A DNA stretch of 64,000 bases, taken from positions 1,037-65,036 of the IMG/VR virus record IMGVR_UViG_3300030118_003411; one strand, 5' to 3'. Below, piece by piece: positions 18,226-27,090 of this stretch. The DNA comes from a virus (taxonomy: Duplodnaviria > Caudoviricetes). The first letter of the stretch is position 1. Each line of letters opens with the position of its first letter. A program made the translations under genes and the position numbers. Under the pieces are notes generated by a model that saw nothing but the letters and a program-made list of their open reading frames with translations, was not told where the DNA came from and searched no databases.

Positions 18226-19904
18226 TATCTATTCCTTCGGCCCCTAAGAATAGGTCTATGTCTTAGGTCGGCCCGTTTTCTATCAACATAACGATAACCC
18301 CCTGAGATTTTGTCTCCAAATAAATTACCAACTCTATCTTCGGACATCCATCCTTCAACAATTTTCATAGATTCTTTTTCTTGGTTCTTTTCAATCAATG
18401 CGTCAACATCATATGTGAGGTGATCTTTCCATTGATTAACGGCCAAGGACAAAACATCAACCCGGTCATCATGTGCCAAAGCTCCTCTTCGTTCTGTTAA
18501 GCGAGTAATTTGAATTTGTGTTTCTTTTTCCTTAATAGCCTTTGTATTAAAACAAAGACGATGTTGAGACATTACTGGTTCTAAAATTCTAACAATTCTT
18601 GCTTCTTTTGCTCCTGTAACCTTTTCTTCCATAAGACCGATATCAGGACAAATCTTTTGCATTACAGGAATTAGAAGTTTATTAAACATGGCATCGCCAT
18701 AGTTAGATTCTACTATAATTGCTTGAACATCGTTTTCTAGAGCTATTTTACAGATCTTCTTTAAAACAGCCTCTTCATATCCACCCTCCATGCCGCTTAG
18801 TTCATGGATAAATATGTATCCACAGGATGTAGAGGCCACACAATAGGCCGTCTCGTCTTTGCCGCGTCCCGAAGGGTCTACGAACATAAACTTCTGCTGT
18901 GGCTCTATGAAGCTCTCAGAGATCCACATAGGCTCGTATACCTTATCTCCCGACATTCCAAATGAGGGTACTTTTTTATTTTCAGTAGAAGCGGCCCATA
19001 CTACTTTTTCTGGAACTAGTTCATGATTAAAATCTAATACTACCAAATCCTCTAGTTTAAGGGGGTACTTTCCAGCATCTGCTAGACTTGTATCTAACTT
19101 ATAATGAAGTCCAAAAAGAGTTGGTCCTACTTTAGCTTGTCTTTCCATTAAGACCTCTTTGCTAAATCTTTCTGGTTGAGTAGGCTCTCCCGGCTCGATT
19201 TGCAAAGACTTAATCCATTCTGATACATCTTCAATTTCAGATGGGATACTTGGATCAGGCATAATAGCAGGGAATTTGACAACAGGGTATCCTTCCTTCA
19301 GGATATTATAAATTGAATCTTTAGTTTGAGGGGTTCCTAGAAGGATAACCCTGCCGCCAACATTCCTAATCTGCTCTGCTTCAAGGGCTTTGTTAAGTAG
19401 CTTATGTCTAGCTTGAGTTGTTTCACAATTCCCCTCTATTTCAATATCATCAAAAATTAAATAATCAGCATGAGATCCTGTAATTTGTCCAGTAATACCT
19501 CTAGCATAGCAAGATCTATCTTGTCCAATTTTTGTTCTATTTTGTATATTAAAAGAAAAAGCATTATCAATAGTTCCTTCTCCCGGCTTCATGTTAAAAC
19601 AATAAGGAACTAAGTCAATAATTCGTCTGGTCATAGAAATAAACTCTACTGCTTTTTGTCCAGTAGCAGAAACAACCATAATAGTACTATTTGGATCTTT
19701 AAGAAGAAACCAAGATGCTAAACAAGAAGTGATGACTGATTTACCAAAACCACGGCCCGCTTGAAGCTGCATATCTTTAGCTCCACTCTGTAGAGCATCT
19801 GCCATTGCGTACTGCGCTGGTGTGGGTTCGCCCAATCCTAAATACTTAAAACAAGCCCACATATGATTTCTAAAATCATCTAACATTTCTTGGGGAACAT
19901 TCAT
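18225..19904 (-). CDS. terL: Terminase large subunit (T7 gp19-like)
   Basis: QAGRGFGKS Walker A, GITGQITGSHAD, LIFDDIE Walker B, VDPSGRGKDET and HDDRVD nuclease motifs. Confidence 0.97.
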   Translation of the reverse strand: MNVPQEMLDDFRNHMWACFKYLGLGEPTPAQYAMADALQSGAKDMQLQAGRGFGKSVITSCLASWFLLKDPNSTIMVVSATGQKAVEFISMTRRIIDLVPYCFNMKPGEGTIDNAFSFNIQNRTKIGQDRSCYARGITGQITGSHADYLIFDDIEIEGNCETTQARHKLLNKALEAEQIRNVGGRVILLGTPQTKDSIYNILKEGYPVVKFPAIMPDPSIPSEIEDVSEWIKSLQIEPGEPTQPERFSKEVLMERQAKVGPTLFGLHYKLDTSLADAGKYPLKLEDLVVLDFNHELVPEKVVWAASTENKKVPSFGMSGDKVYEPMWISESFIEPQQKFMFVDPSGRGKDETAYCVASTSCGYIFIHELSGMEGGYEEAVLKKICKIALENDVQAIIVESNYGDAMFNKLLIPVMQKICPDIGLMEEKVTGAKEARIVRILEPVMSQHRLCFNTKAIKEKETQIQITRLTERRGALAHDDRVDVLSLAVNQWKDHLTYDVDALIEKNQEKESMKIVEGWMSEDRVGNLFGDKISGGYRYVDRKRADLRHRPILRGRRNR

Positions 19905-19905
19905 A

Positions 19906-20241
19906 TTATTTCCTTCTCGGTCTGACCATTAACGGAGTACATGCTAGTACACACAACGCACCCGGACCCGGTATATCTGCGGCAGTTAAATCATCTACTT
20001 GGGATTTTACAGAGTTTATTGTTTCTAACCAAGCAACGATACTGTCTAATGCTTCTTTTCCAAACACTGCTCCAATGCCAATAACAATACATAATAAAAT
20101 AAAAATCTTTTTATCTAGTTTTTGTATTTTTTGATCCTTAGCTTTATTTGCTTTTTGGCACTGAGTTAATTCGTACTGTAAATGATCGGCTTCTTTTTTA
20201 TTACAATATTCACAAATATGTTTTTCTTTAGAATTACTCAT
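19906..20241 (-). CDS. Membrane protein with C-terminal PEP-CTERM-like (IPGPGA...RPRRK) sorting signal
   Basis: CxxC, coiled coil, internal TM, then IPGPGALCVLACTPLMVRPRRK. Confidence 0.6.
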   Translation of the reverse strand: MSNSKEKHICEYCNKKEADHLQYELTQCQKANKAKDQKIQKLDKKIFILLCIVIGIGAVFGKEALDSIVAWLETINSVKSQVDDLTAADIPGPGALCVLACTPLMVRPRRK

Positions 20242-20480
20242 GCCTTGCCTTTTCTAGCGCGATTTTTTTTTGGCGACTCTAAGAATACACTTCCATCCTT
20301 TCGGTGGCTAATGTCTTTTCCGCCTTTTCCGTAGATGCCTCTTTTTCTACGCTCTTTGTTTAAACTGGCTCTTCTCTTTTTTTCTTCTGGTCTTCTATTA
20401 ATCTTAGCTTGAGCTTTAACCCTTTTCTTTCGGGACGCTGGATTTTTTTTATAGTTTTTAGAAGACTTAGAAGTTCCCAT
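20238..20480 (-). CDS. Small basic protein, degenerate HNH-like (GKDISH...NRAR)
   Basis: Lys/Arg rich; D-x-x-H...N-R pattern. Confidence 0.6.
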   Translation of the reverse strand: MGTSKSSKNYKKNPASRKKRVKAQAKINRRPEEKKRRASLNKERRKRGIYGKGGKDISHRKDGSVFLESPKKNRARKGKA

Positions 20481-20590
20481 TATTTTTTAGCTTTCTTTTT
20501 CTTAAGTGCTTTAAAATCAGCACCGGTAATTTTGTTTTTAGGGGCTGCCTTAGAAGCAATTTTCTTTTGTTTTGCTGATAGTTTTTTCAT
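20480..20590 (-). CDS. Tiny Lys-rich protein (36 aa)
   Basis: Read manually: MKKLSAKQKKIASKAAPKNKITGADFKALKKKKAKK; coupled to both neighbours. Confidence 0.65.
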   Translation of the reverse strand: MKKLSAKQKKIASKAAPKNKITGADFKALKKKKAKK

Positions 20591-20814
20591 TTCTTTTTAG
20601 CTTTCTTTTTTTTCTTTTGCCAAGAAATACGGGCTGGACCTTTTTTACGATTCTTAGCAGAAGTACATTGTGCCTTTGTTGGCCGACATGCTGGATATGG
20701 TCGTTTACTTCCGCCTTTAGCAGATTTTCTTCCACACGGTTTTCCTGTTTTACAGTCTACCCAGCCTTTGCCTTTATTTCTGCCGAACCACTTTCTGAGT
20801 CCTTCTTTAGCCAT
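20587..20814 (-). CDS. Small basic Cys-containing protein (GLRKWF..WVD..CGR..YPACRP; DUF5872-like)
   Basis: Motif recurrent in aquatic phages. Confidence 0.7.
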   Translation of the reverse strand: MAKEGLRKWFGRNKGKGWVDCKTGKPCGRKSAKGGSKRPYPACRPTKAQCTSAKNRKKGPARISWQKKKKKAKKK

Positions 20815-20981
20815 TATTTCTTTCCTTTAGATTTATTTCCCCAGTTAGCTGCACCAACTTTCCGGCACTTAACAAGTGCGCCAGAAGCGTAGGCAGAGGG
20901 CCATTTTGTATATCTACTTTTTACTTTATGGTAGCAAGCATCCTTTTTGCCTCCACCAGATTTCTTTTTTCTTTTAGCCAC
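20814..20981 (-). CDS. Small basic protein (DACYHKVK..WPSAYASGALVKCRK)
   Basis: Read manually, GTG start, 55 aa; motif recurrent in aquatic phages; coupled to neighbours. Confidence 0.7.
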   Translation of the reverse strand: MAKRKKKSGGGKKDACYHKVKSRYTKWPSAYASGALVKCRKVGAANWGNKSKGKK

Positions 20982-21278
20982 TTAGCACCTCCACCTTCTA
21001 CGGGCTTGGCATAATCTTTTGTCTGGTGTTTTTTTACAATTAACACCGTGTTGTTTCATTTGACCCTTAGATCTAGCGCAATAGCTTTTTCTTCTCTTTG
21101 CTCTTTTTCCTGTGGGCTTCTTTTCTGTTACTGCTGTTTGAAGCTTAGATCCGGGGTTTTGCCTTCTATACTTAGCAACACCTTTGGCTGTCATTCCTGC
21201 ACCTTTTTTGGTAGGACGTTTATCACCACTTTTGATAGACATTCCTTTCATGCCTTTACCTTTTCTTTTTTTTGCCAT
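20982..21278 (-). CDS. Basic protein (GMTAKGVAKYRRQNPGSKL..RRKSYCARS; DUF6321-like)
   Basis: Characteristic motif; Lys/Arg rich. Confidence 0.7.
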   Translation of the reverse strand: MAKKRKGKGMKGMSIKSGDKRPTKKGAGMTAKGVAKYRRQNPGSKLQTAVTEKKPTGKRAKRRKSYCARSKGQMKQHGVNCKKTPDKRLCQARRRWRC

Positions 21279-21381
21279 TGGTGGTTACTCCCTTTTGTTT
21301 TTTAAATAAAGCCTTTGTGGCCGAAGCTCCTGTTTTTCTAGTGGTCACTCCACAAGCACACTTAAACTTATTTGTTGGCAT
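21256..21381 (-). CDS. Tiny basic protein (41 aa, CAC)
   Basis: Read manually: MPTNKFKCACGVTTRKTGASATKALFKKQKGVTTNGKKKKR, after GGAGA RBS. Confidence 0.5.
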   Translation of the reverse strand: MPTNKFKCACGVTTRKTGASATKALFKKQKGVTTNGKKKKR

Positions 21382-21550
21382 GATTTTTCTCCATATCTCT
21401 TAGCCTTTCTTCGTGGTCTTCTACAATTCCTTTAAGACCAGATAGAGTAACAGCAAGTTCTCCTAACTCGCGTTGAATCTTCCACAGATTTGCTACAATA
21501 CCTAATCCAATTAGAATTTGCAAAAATCCCCCGAAGTCAGCCATTTCCAT
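21368..21550 (-). CDS. Small membrane protein (TM plus coiled coil)
   Basis: Hydrophobic N-terminus; DHEERL coiled coil. Confidence 0.6.
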   Translation of the reverse strand: MEMADFGGFLQILIGLGIVANLWKIQRELGELAVTLSGLKGIVEDHEERLRDMEKNHANK

Positions 21551-21552
21551 TT

Positions 21553-21765
21553 TTAGCTCCCGAATTTAAACGGAACTGCTTCGGAAATTTTTTCTTCTAC
21601 AGCCTTAAGATGTTCTTTTGAGATAGATCCCGCTTCTTCTCGATTATCATTCACTACGCCGCGAACAACCTGATAAAGACCGGGGGTGCATTTTTGAGGA
21701 TCTTCTAAATCTCTGATAAGAGCTTCAAAAAGCATATCCTGAAGTTTTGATGGTTTATTATCCAT
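21553..21765 (-). CDS. Putative terminase small subunit (gp18-like)
   Basis: Short helical protein ending VPFKFG, upstream of TerL; pattern L..L...LI..L....TP......R..V.DN. Confidence 0.55.
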   Translation of the reverse strand: MDNKPSKLQDMLFEALIRDLEDPQKCTPGLYQVVRGVVNDNREEAGSISKEHLKAVEEKISEAVPFKFGS

Positions 21766-22048
21766 TTACCTTCTCCTTTGTTGTAAGCCTATTTAACAAG
21801 GCTTGTCTTTGTTTGCATACATTGCATGGTTTTACTTGTTTATACGTTAAAAAGTCAATTGTCTTTTTAACCCAATCACCCAGTTTTATTTGTTTTTTGG
21901 GCTTTTTAGAAACATAAACATTTGTATTAACTGAAACTGGGTCATCATAAAAAGCATGAATTGAGTAATCATCATTTACTTGAGTTTTAACTTTTCTCTT
22001 TTCTCCTGTTTCAGGATCAAAAAAAACAAATACTCCTACTGCCTTCAT
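21758..22048 (-). CDS. Hypothetical protein with LGD..PCxxCxxRQxxLN motif
   Basis: Follows the Cys-rich tail protein. Confidence 0.65.
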   Translation of the reverse strand: MKAVGVFVFFDPETGEKRKVKTQVNDDYSIHAFYDDPVSVNTNVYVSKKPKKQIKLGDWVKKTIDFLTYKQVKPCNVCKQRQALLNRLTTKEKVNG

Positions 22049-22059
22049 TTTATTCTCCT

Positions 22060-25000
22060 TTATGGTCCTTGAATTGATAAACTAGGATTATCTTTTATTT
22101 CTTTAAAATCAATTTGGCTAAAAGATCCTCTCCAAACCAATTCTCCATTTCCTTTGGATGTATAGTCTCTATCAGAACATCCCATATCAACCAACGAAGA
22201 AACATGTATTAATCCATGAGTAGTAGAAAAGTTATGAGTTTGTGGTGCATTTGGTCCTGTCAATTGTTCTTTTTTGCCAAAGAATGTTTGTGTGTATAAT
22301 TTTGTTAGGTCTACTGTTCTATTTCCGCTGGGGGCTTCTGTAACACTTTGACAAAAAGCACATTCTCCTGCTGTGCCAGAACCAAGTCCGTTATCTGGAT
22401 CATACATAAGCTGAGTATATAAGTATGGATTTGGATTTTTAATAAATCTCATATCACAGTTAAAGCTAAGATTACTGTCTTGGCTATCATGTTGGCTTGG
22501 GAAAAACAATCTTCCTATTCTTGTTGTTTCTTTATCATTGCCCTTAAATCCAGATCCCCCAATTGGTTGGGCCACTCCATTTAATCTGGGTATCTGTTCC
22601 CAAGCTTCTTGAGAAGTTATACCAGACAATCCTTGAGTAAAAGTAGAAGCAACAGTTGGAGGACATACTCCAGATCTAATTTCCCATCTATCTAGCGTTT
22701 CTGCAACGCTTGTAGTTGGATATATTTCTGGTCCCCAATATCTTGCTCCTATTGAGCAACCAGCTAAATTACCACAACATTGATTTACACTAACACATCC
22801 AGCACCGCCCCCTGAAGGATCGTCAAAGCCTCTTCCGTTGGGATCAGTACAAGATAACCAATCTTCGCTAGTATCATCTCCCTCATCGAAACATAAACAA
22901 CATAAAAAGGGTGATTCATTACCAAAGCCATCTTCTATAAAATCTTCAGACTCCCATGCTTCTTGTGCCATTACTGTATCACCGTCTTCTACAAAAAATA
23001 TTGCTACAGCTTCTTTACAACTGATTTCCTCTGGTGGACTAACATTTTTTGTTCCGCTTATTTGACCATTACCATTAAATGTAAGTCTAAGATCACTAAA
23101 ACCACCAAAAGCAAAATCTGGATCATCCGCACACTCTCCGCCTCCAGTCGAACAACAAAAATCAAAACCTTCTCCTAAGTTTCCTTGTCCTTCTACACAT
23201 TGTCCGCCACCCGGAGAACAATTAAACTCTCCACAAAGACAGGGTTCATCTTGCTGATCTTGTGTGCAAATTTTGTTTATTGTTTTTCCTGACCTATCTA
23301 GATTCTCTATAATATTATTTAATTTCGCAGCCGCACACGCTCCTATGTTTGACAATGTAGCACCATGAAAACTTTCTGATTGCAAATCACTGCCATCTCT
23401 ACAATCTCTCCATTGCATAGCACCATGGAATATACTGGTCTTATCGCCCAAAGCAGCGGGTGGTTTTCTTCCTTCTCCGCCTCCGTTTTCAAATGTAGTT
23501 GCAAAGGTTTTCTTTCCCGGTTGTGCATAGCTTCTATAAAATCCTTCCCACCACTGTAAATATCTGGGATGAATTCTATTATTTGTATTTGCAAAGTGTG
23601 CATCATGAACACTAGAAGGAATAGGCATTGATAAACCAAATACACATCTGTTATTTGCTGAATCTGTATTTAGGTTTCCTGCACCGCTATCATCTGAACA
23701 CATGTCTGCTTCTTCTATTCTAAATACATAAAGTCCAGCAGGAATTACATATGTTGAGCATTCATACCTAAATCTTTTAAAGTTTTCTCCATTTATTTCG
23801 TCTCTTTCTCCGGGCAGAAGATCATAGTTTGCTACAATATCTGTTTTTTTAACTAACTTGTCTTTTTTTGTATCTAAACAAGTGTGAGCTAATCCAATAG
23901 TAAACGTAGGCATGAATGTATGTCCGCCTGCGTTTTTACCTCTTCCGCCATTATCTGCTACTTTGTTATAGTTATATTTACCATCAGAAGGATAAATATC
24001 AAAAGAGTCTCTAATTATTCCTTTAAAATCTGACTGACTATTGTAATGATCGGGAGCATAACTAGGAATTCCTAATCCAGTATAAGCTGTTCTTCCATAA
24101 AATTTACCGCCAGCATCAATAGGGTCTTTTATTGAAGGTCTTTGGCTTGCGCCATTTGCCTCGGCTTGATCACAATAAACACCCTCTGGATTTTGTGTAA
24201 TTACAGTTGTATTAGCATCATCATTTGCATCTGATAACTCGCAGAAACTCATTCCTCCAAATGAGGCTTGTTTATAGTCTCCGGTAAGATTTCTTGTTCC
24301 CGATTTTACACCGGGAAGATCATCACAAAGATCAACAGGATTGCTGCCTAATGCATAAGATCCTCCTAATCCAAAGAAGTATCCTCCATAAGAATAATAG
24401 CTTCCATTTTCATTAAGACAGGCAGATGGAATGTAAGGATTGTTTACACTATTTAAACGAGGGGTTATCATACATGCACTAGTTTTTGAGTTATTTTGAC
24501 GCCTACACTCTTCTACAGTATATTTTGGTCCTCCGGAGTCCTTCATTAAACTATTAATAAATAGTTTTTGTATAGTAGAGTCTCCTGTATTAAAAATATC
24601 TCCAGTTCCGTCTGGTGCAGAAGCTAAAGCTTCATTAGAGTCTACTAAATATCTTCTGTCTAATAAAACACCAGCACCTCCAATAGATTCTTGAGTATCT
24701 TCTAAATATATTGCTGGATCTGTACTCCAGTGTACAATTCCACCTTGATTATCAGAAATGCTATGAAGAAAATAATGGCACATGTAGTTTTCTACGTCAT
24801 CAGGATCAATGCTTCCTCTTGTTCCAACTCCATTATTTTCTTTTGGACATTCAAATGCATATTCTTTTGTAGGATCTACAGTTGTAAAAGGAAGAGGTTG
24901 TGCTGATACTAAATTGCAGGTGGTTTGTGCGTTTCTTCTATATTTAAATACTAATCTCAAATGAGTTTCATTGTCATCTTCTGCATCGAAACCATGATCT

Positions 25001-27081
25001 CTTGCTCTTCCCCAAGGTGGTCCACTAATTCCGTTAGTAAGATCCGTATTTGAAATTTTATCTTCTGTTTCATTATAATTAGAATATACATTCTCTGCTT
25101 CTAAGCAAGCTTCAAATCTTTTGTCGGATACAGCGGCGTTTGCCCATGGATTTTCTTCGTCATCTAATTTAAATTCTCTTACAACTGTAATAAACTCAGG
25201 AAGATACTCGCTATTTTTACAAAAATCTCCATAATCTCTTACTGTCATTTCTGCGCCCTGACTATCTGCGGCATTATCTGAGCTTCTAGTGCAAGGGTTT
25301 CCACCCTGCCATTTATTTCCGCCACTGGCTGCTCCTGTATTTAGTCCACTTAGAATAGTTCCAGTTCCTAATTGGGCTGTATTAGAGTTAGAGGCAGCTT
25401 GATTAAAACAAAAAGAAGAGTTTGCTTCTGCAATAGCAGATTCTGCTCCATAATAAACACTAGAATCAATTGGATTCATTCTAAAATGAATTTCGTCTAT
25501 ATGTCCCAGCGGTATTTCTTTTATTGAATCTGCTTCATTACTATGATCAGCCCGAATAGATGGTTTATACTGAGAAAAACCAACAACTTTAAAAGCTCTG
25601 TATACTGCTCTGTTTGTATCATATGTTTCATTAAGAGCAGGGTCTATTTTCATAACAACAAAAGTTCCTTTATTATCTCCAGCAGTAGTCATATTATCTG
25701 ACTTATCTGTTCCGCCGGTGAAATTAGTAACATTTTTTGAAGTGGTACTATCAAAAGAAGAACCTGTTGTTACTGTTGTGTTTCCGGCTTCCCCCGGAGT
25801 AGTTTGGGTAATATAAACTTCTTCGCCATGTAATTCAACCATTAATTTATCTAATCCGTGTCCGTTTGATCCTTCAACTACAGTTTTAAAATTAATAGCT
25901 GTTTGAGAAGCACTTCCTGTAGCAAGAAACTCTGTTCCGCTGGGAGATCCTGTATTAATTATTGTATAGGTTTTTGTTACTCCTCCAGCAATTAATTGAA
26001 TAGTTCCATTATTTATTGAATTATAGGCACTAGAATCAAATTTAAAATATGTGCTTGCTCTTTGTTCTCCGCTGCAAAAGTTAATTGGTATTCTACTTTC
26101 GCTTCCAGTAAATCTTTGAGTTAAGTTTGTTTTTGAGGTTGTATCCGAAGCAAAGGTTATTTTGCCTGCTGTTTTTAGTGTACTATTTGGTATAGATCTG
26201 GTAGAACTATCACCGGGATTTGCTAAAGTATGATTAGGTGTATTATAAGTAACTCCCGTTTGGCCTTGATTTTGTGGTAGAAAATTAGGGTGTGTGGAGT
26301 CTCTTACTTCTTCTAGCATTGGGGTATAGTCTACATAGAAGTAAGTATGCCCCATGTCATCAGGAACGCCATCTTGTACTGTTGTCGATGATTCGTTATA
26401 CTGTTTGTGATCAAAATTTTCTTGGTCTTTTTTTGTTCTTCCGGTAGGACAAAAATCTTTAGTTACTGCATATGGACTGTTATCAGGAGCTGTTTCTTCA
26501 ATTCTACAAGTAGGCCATGCAAATCTTTGAAAAGCAGCAGCACCTGATACTCCTCCTCCAGAGCCATCTGATGCTGCATCATCGTTTTGATTAAACTGAA
26601 AGTAATCATTGCAATCGCATTGTACAAGAACAGCATATAGTCTACCGTATGATCCGGTAAACTGTACTCCATCAGAATCAGTATGACTTGACGTATCTCC
26701 ATCTAATGTATTAACATGAGTTAAATGATATCGTAAACAATCTTCACAGTTAGCAAAGTTTACCGTACCTGATTTAGAATCATTTCTAAAATTAAGGCTG
26801 GTAATATTTGATTCATAACTCAATCCACCTACTGGAGTTTCATCAGCCGTTCTAGCATCTGCTCCATTTACCATTTGATCAGTAATAACGGGACCAAAAC
26901 AAAGATTTTGGTTATCTTTAAAGTAATGACCGGTGGTATATGTTCCCGCCACTCCATAAAGACTTTCATTTGCCCAAAGACCATAATTATTTTCGTATGA
27001 CTTTCCAATTCTAGAAAGACTTTCAACAACCTCTGCTTTGTTCTTTTTTGTACAACAACAAGTTCTATTATTACTGCTCAT
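22060..27081 (-). CDS. Large Cys-rich putative tail / receptor-binding protein
   Basis: 1673 aa, N-terminal CCC, many Cys, Gly/Ser/Thr/Asp rich; tail-region position. Confidence 0.6.
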   Translation of the reverse strand: MSSNNRTCCCTKKNKAEVVESLSRIGKSYENNYGLWANESLYGVAGTYTTGHYFKDNQNLCFGPVITDQMVNGADARTADETPVGGLSYESNITSLNFRNDSKSGTVNFANCEDCLRYHLTHVNTLDGDTSSHTDSDGVQFTGSYGRLYAVLVQCDCNDYFQFNQNDDAASDGSGGGVSGAAAFQRFAWPTCRIEETAPDNSPYAVTKDFCPTGRTKKDQENFDHKQYNESSTTVQDGVPDDMGHTYFYVDYTPMLEEVRDSTHPNFLPQNQGQTGVTYNTPNHTLANPGDSSTRSIPNSTLKTAGKITFASDTTSKTNLTQRFTGSESRIPINFCSGEQRASTYFKFDSSAYNSINNGTIQLIAGGVTKTYTIINTGSPSGTEFLATGSASQTAINFKTVVEGSNGHGLDKLMVELHGEEVYITQTTPGEAGNTTVTTGSSFDSTTSKNVTNFTGGTDKSDNMTTAGDNKGTFVVMKIDPALNETYDTNRAVYRAFKVVGFSQYKPSIRADHSNEADSIKEIPLGHIDEIHFRMNPIDSSVYYGAESAIAEANSSFCFNQAASNSNTAQLGTGTILSGLNTGAASGGNKWQGGNPCTRSSDNAADSQGAEMTVRDYGDFCKNSEYLPEFITVVREFKLDDEENPWANAAVSDKRFEACLEAENVYSNYNETEDKISNTDLTNGISGPPWGRARDHGFDAEDDNETHLRLVFKYRRNAQTTCNLVSAQPLPFTTVDPTKEYAFECPKENNGVGTRGSIDPDDVENYMCHYFLHSISDNQGGIVHWSTDPAIYLEDTQESIGGAGVLLDRRYLVDSNEALASAPDGTGDIFNTGDSTIQKLFINSLMKDSGGPKYTVEECRRQNNSKTSACMITPRLNSVNNPYIPSACLNENGSYYSYGGYFFGLGGSYALGSNPVDLCDDLPGVKSGTRNLTGDYKQASFGGMSFCELSDANDDANTTVITQNPEGVYCDQAEANGASQRPSIKDPIDAGGKFYGRTAYTGLGIPSYAPDHYNSQSDFKGIIRDSFDIYPSDGKYNYNKVADNGGRGKNAGGHTFMPTFTIGLAHTCLDTKKDKLVKKTDIVANYDLLPGERDEINGENFKRFRYECSTYVIPAGLYVFRIEEADMCSDDSGAGNLNTDSANNRCVFGLSMPIPSSVHDAHFANTNNRIHPRYLQWWEGFYRSYAQPGKKTFATTFENGGGEGRKPPAALGDKTSIFHGAMQWRDCRDGSDLQSESFHGATLSNIGACAAAKLNNIIENLDRSGKTINKICTQDQQDEPCLCGEFNCSPGGGQCVEGQGNLGEGFDFCCSTGGGECADDPDFAFGGFSDLRLTFNGNGQISGTKNVSPPEEISCKEAVAIFFVEDGDTVMAQEAWESEDFIEDGFGNESPFLCCLCFDEGDDTSEDWLSCTDPNGRGFDDPSGGGAGCVSVNQCCGNLAGCSIGARYWGPEIYPTTSVAETLDRWEIRSGVCPPTVASTFTQGLSGITSQEAWEQIPRLNGVAQPIGGSGFKGNDKETTRIGRLFFPSQHDSQDSNLSFNCDMRFIKNPNPYLYTQLMYDPDNGLGSGTAGECAFCQSVTEAPSGNRTVDLTKLYTQTFFGKKEQLTGPNAPQTHNFSTTHGLIHVSSLVDMGCSDRDYTSKGNGELVWRGSFSQIDFKEIKDNPSLSIQGP

Positions 27082-27090
27082 TTAATTTCC

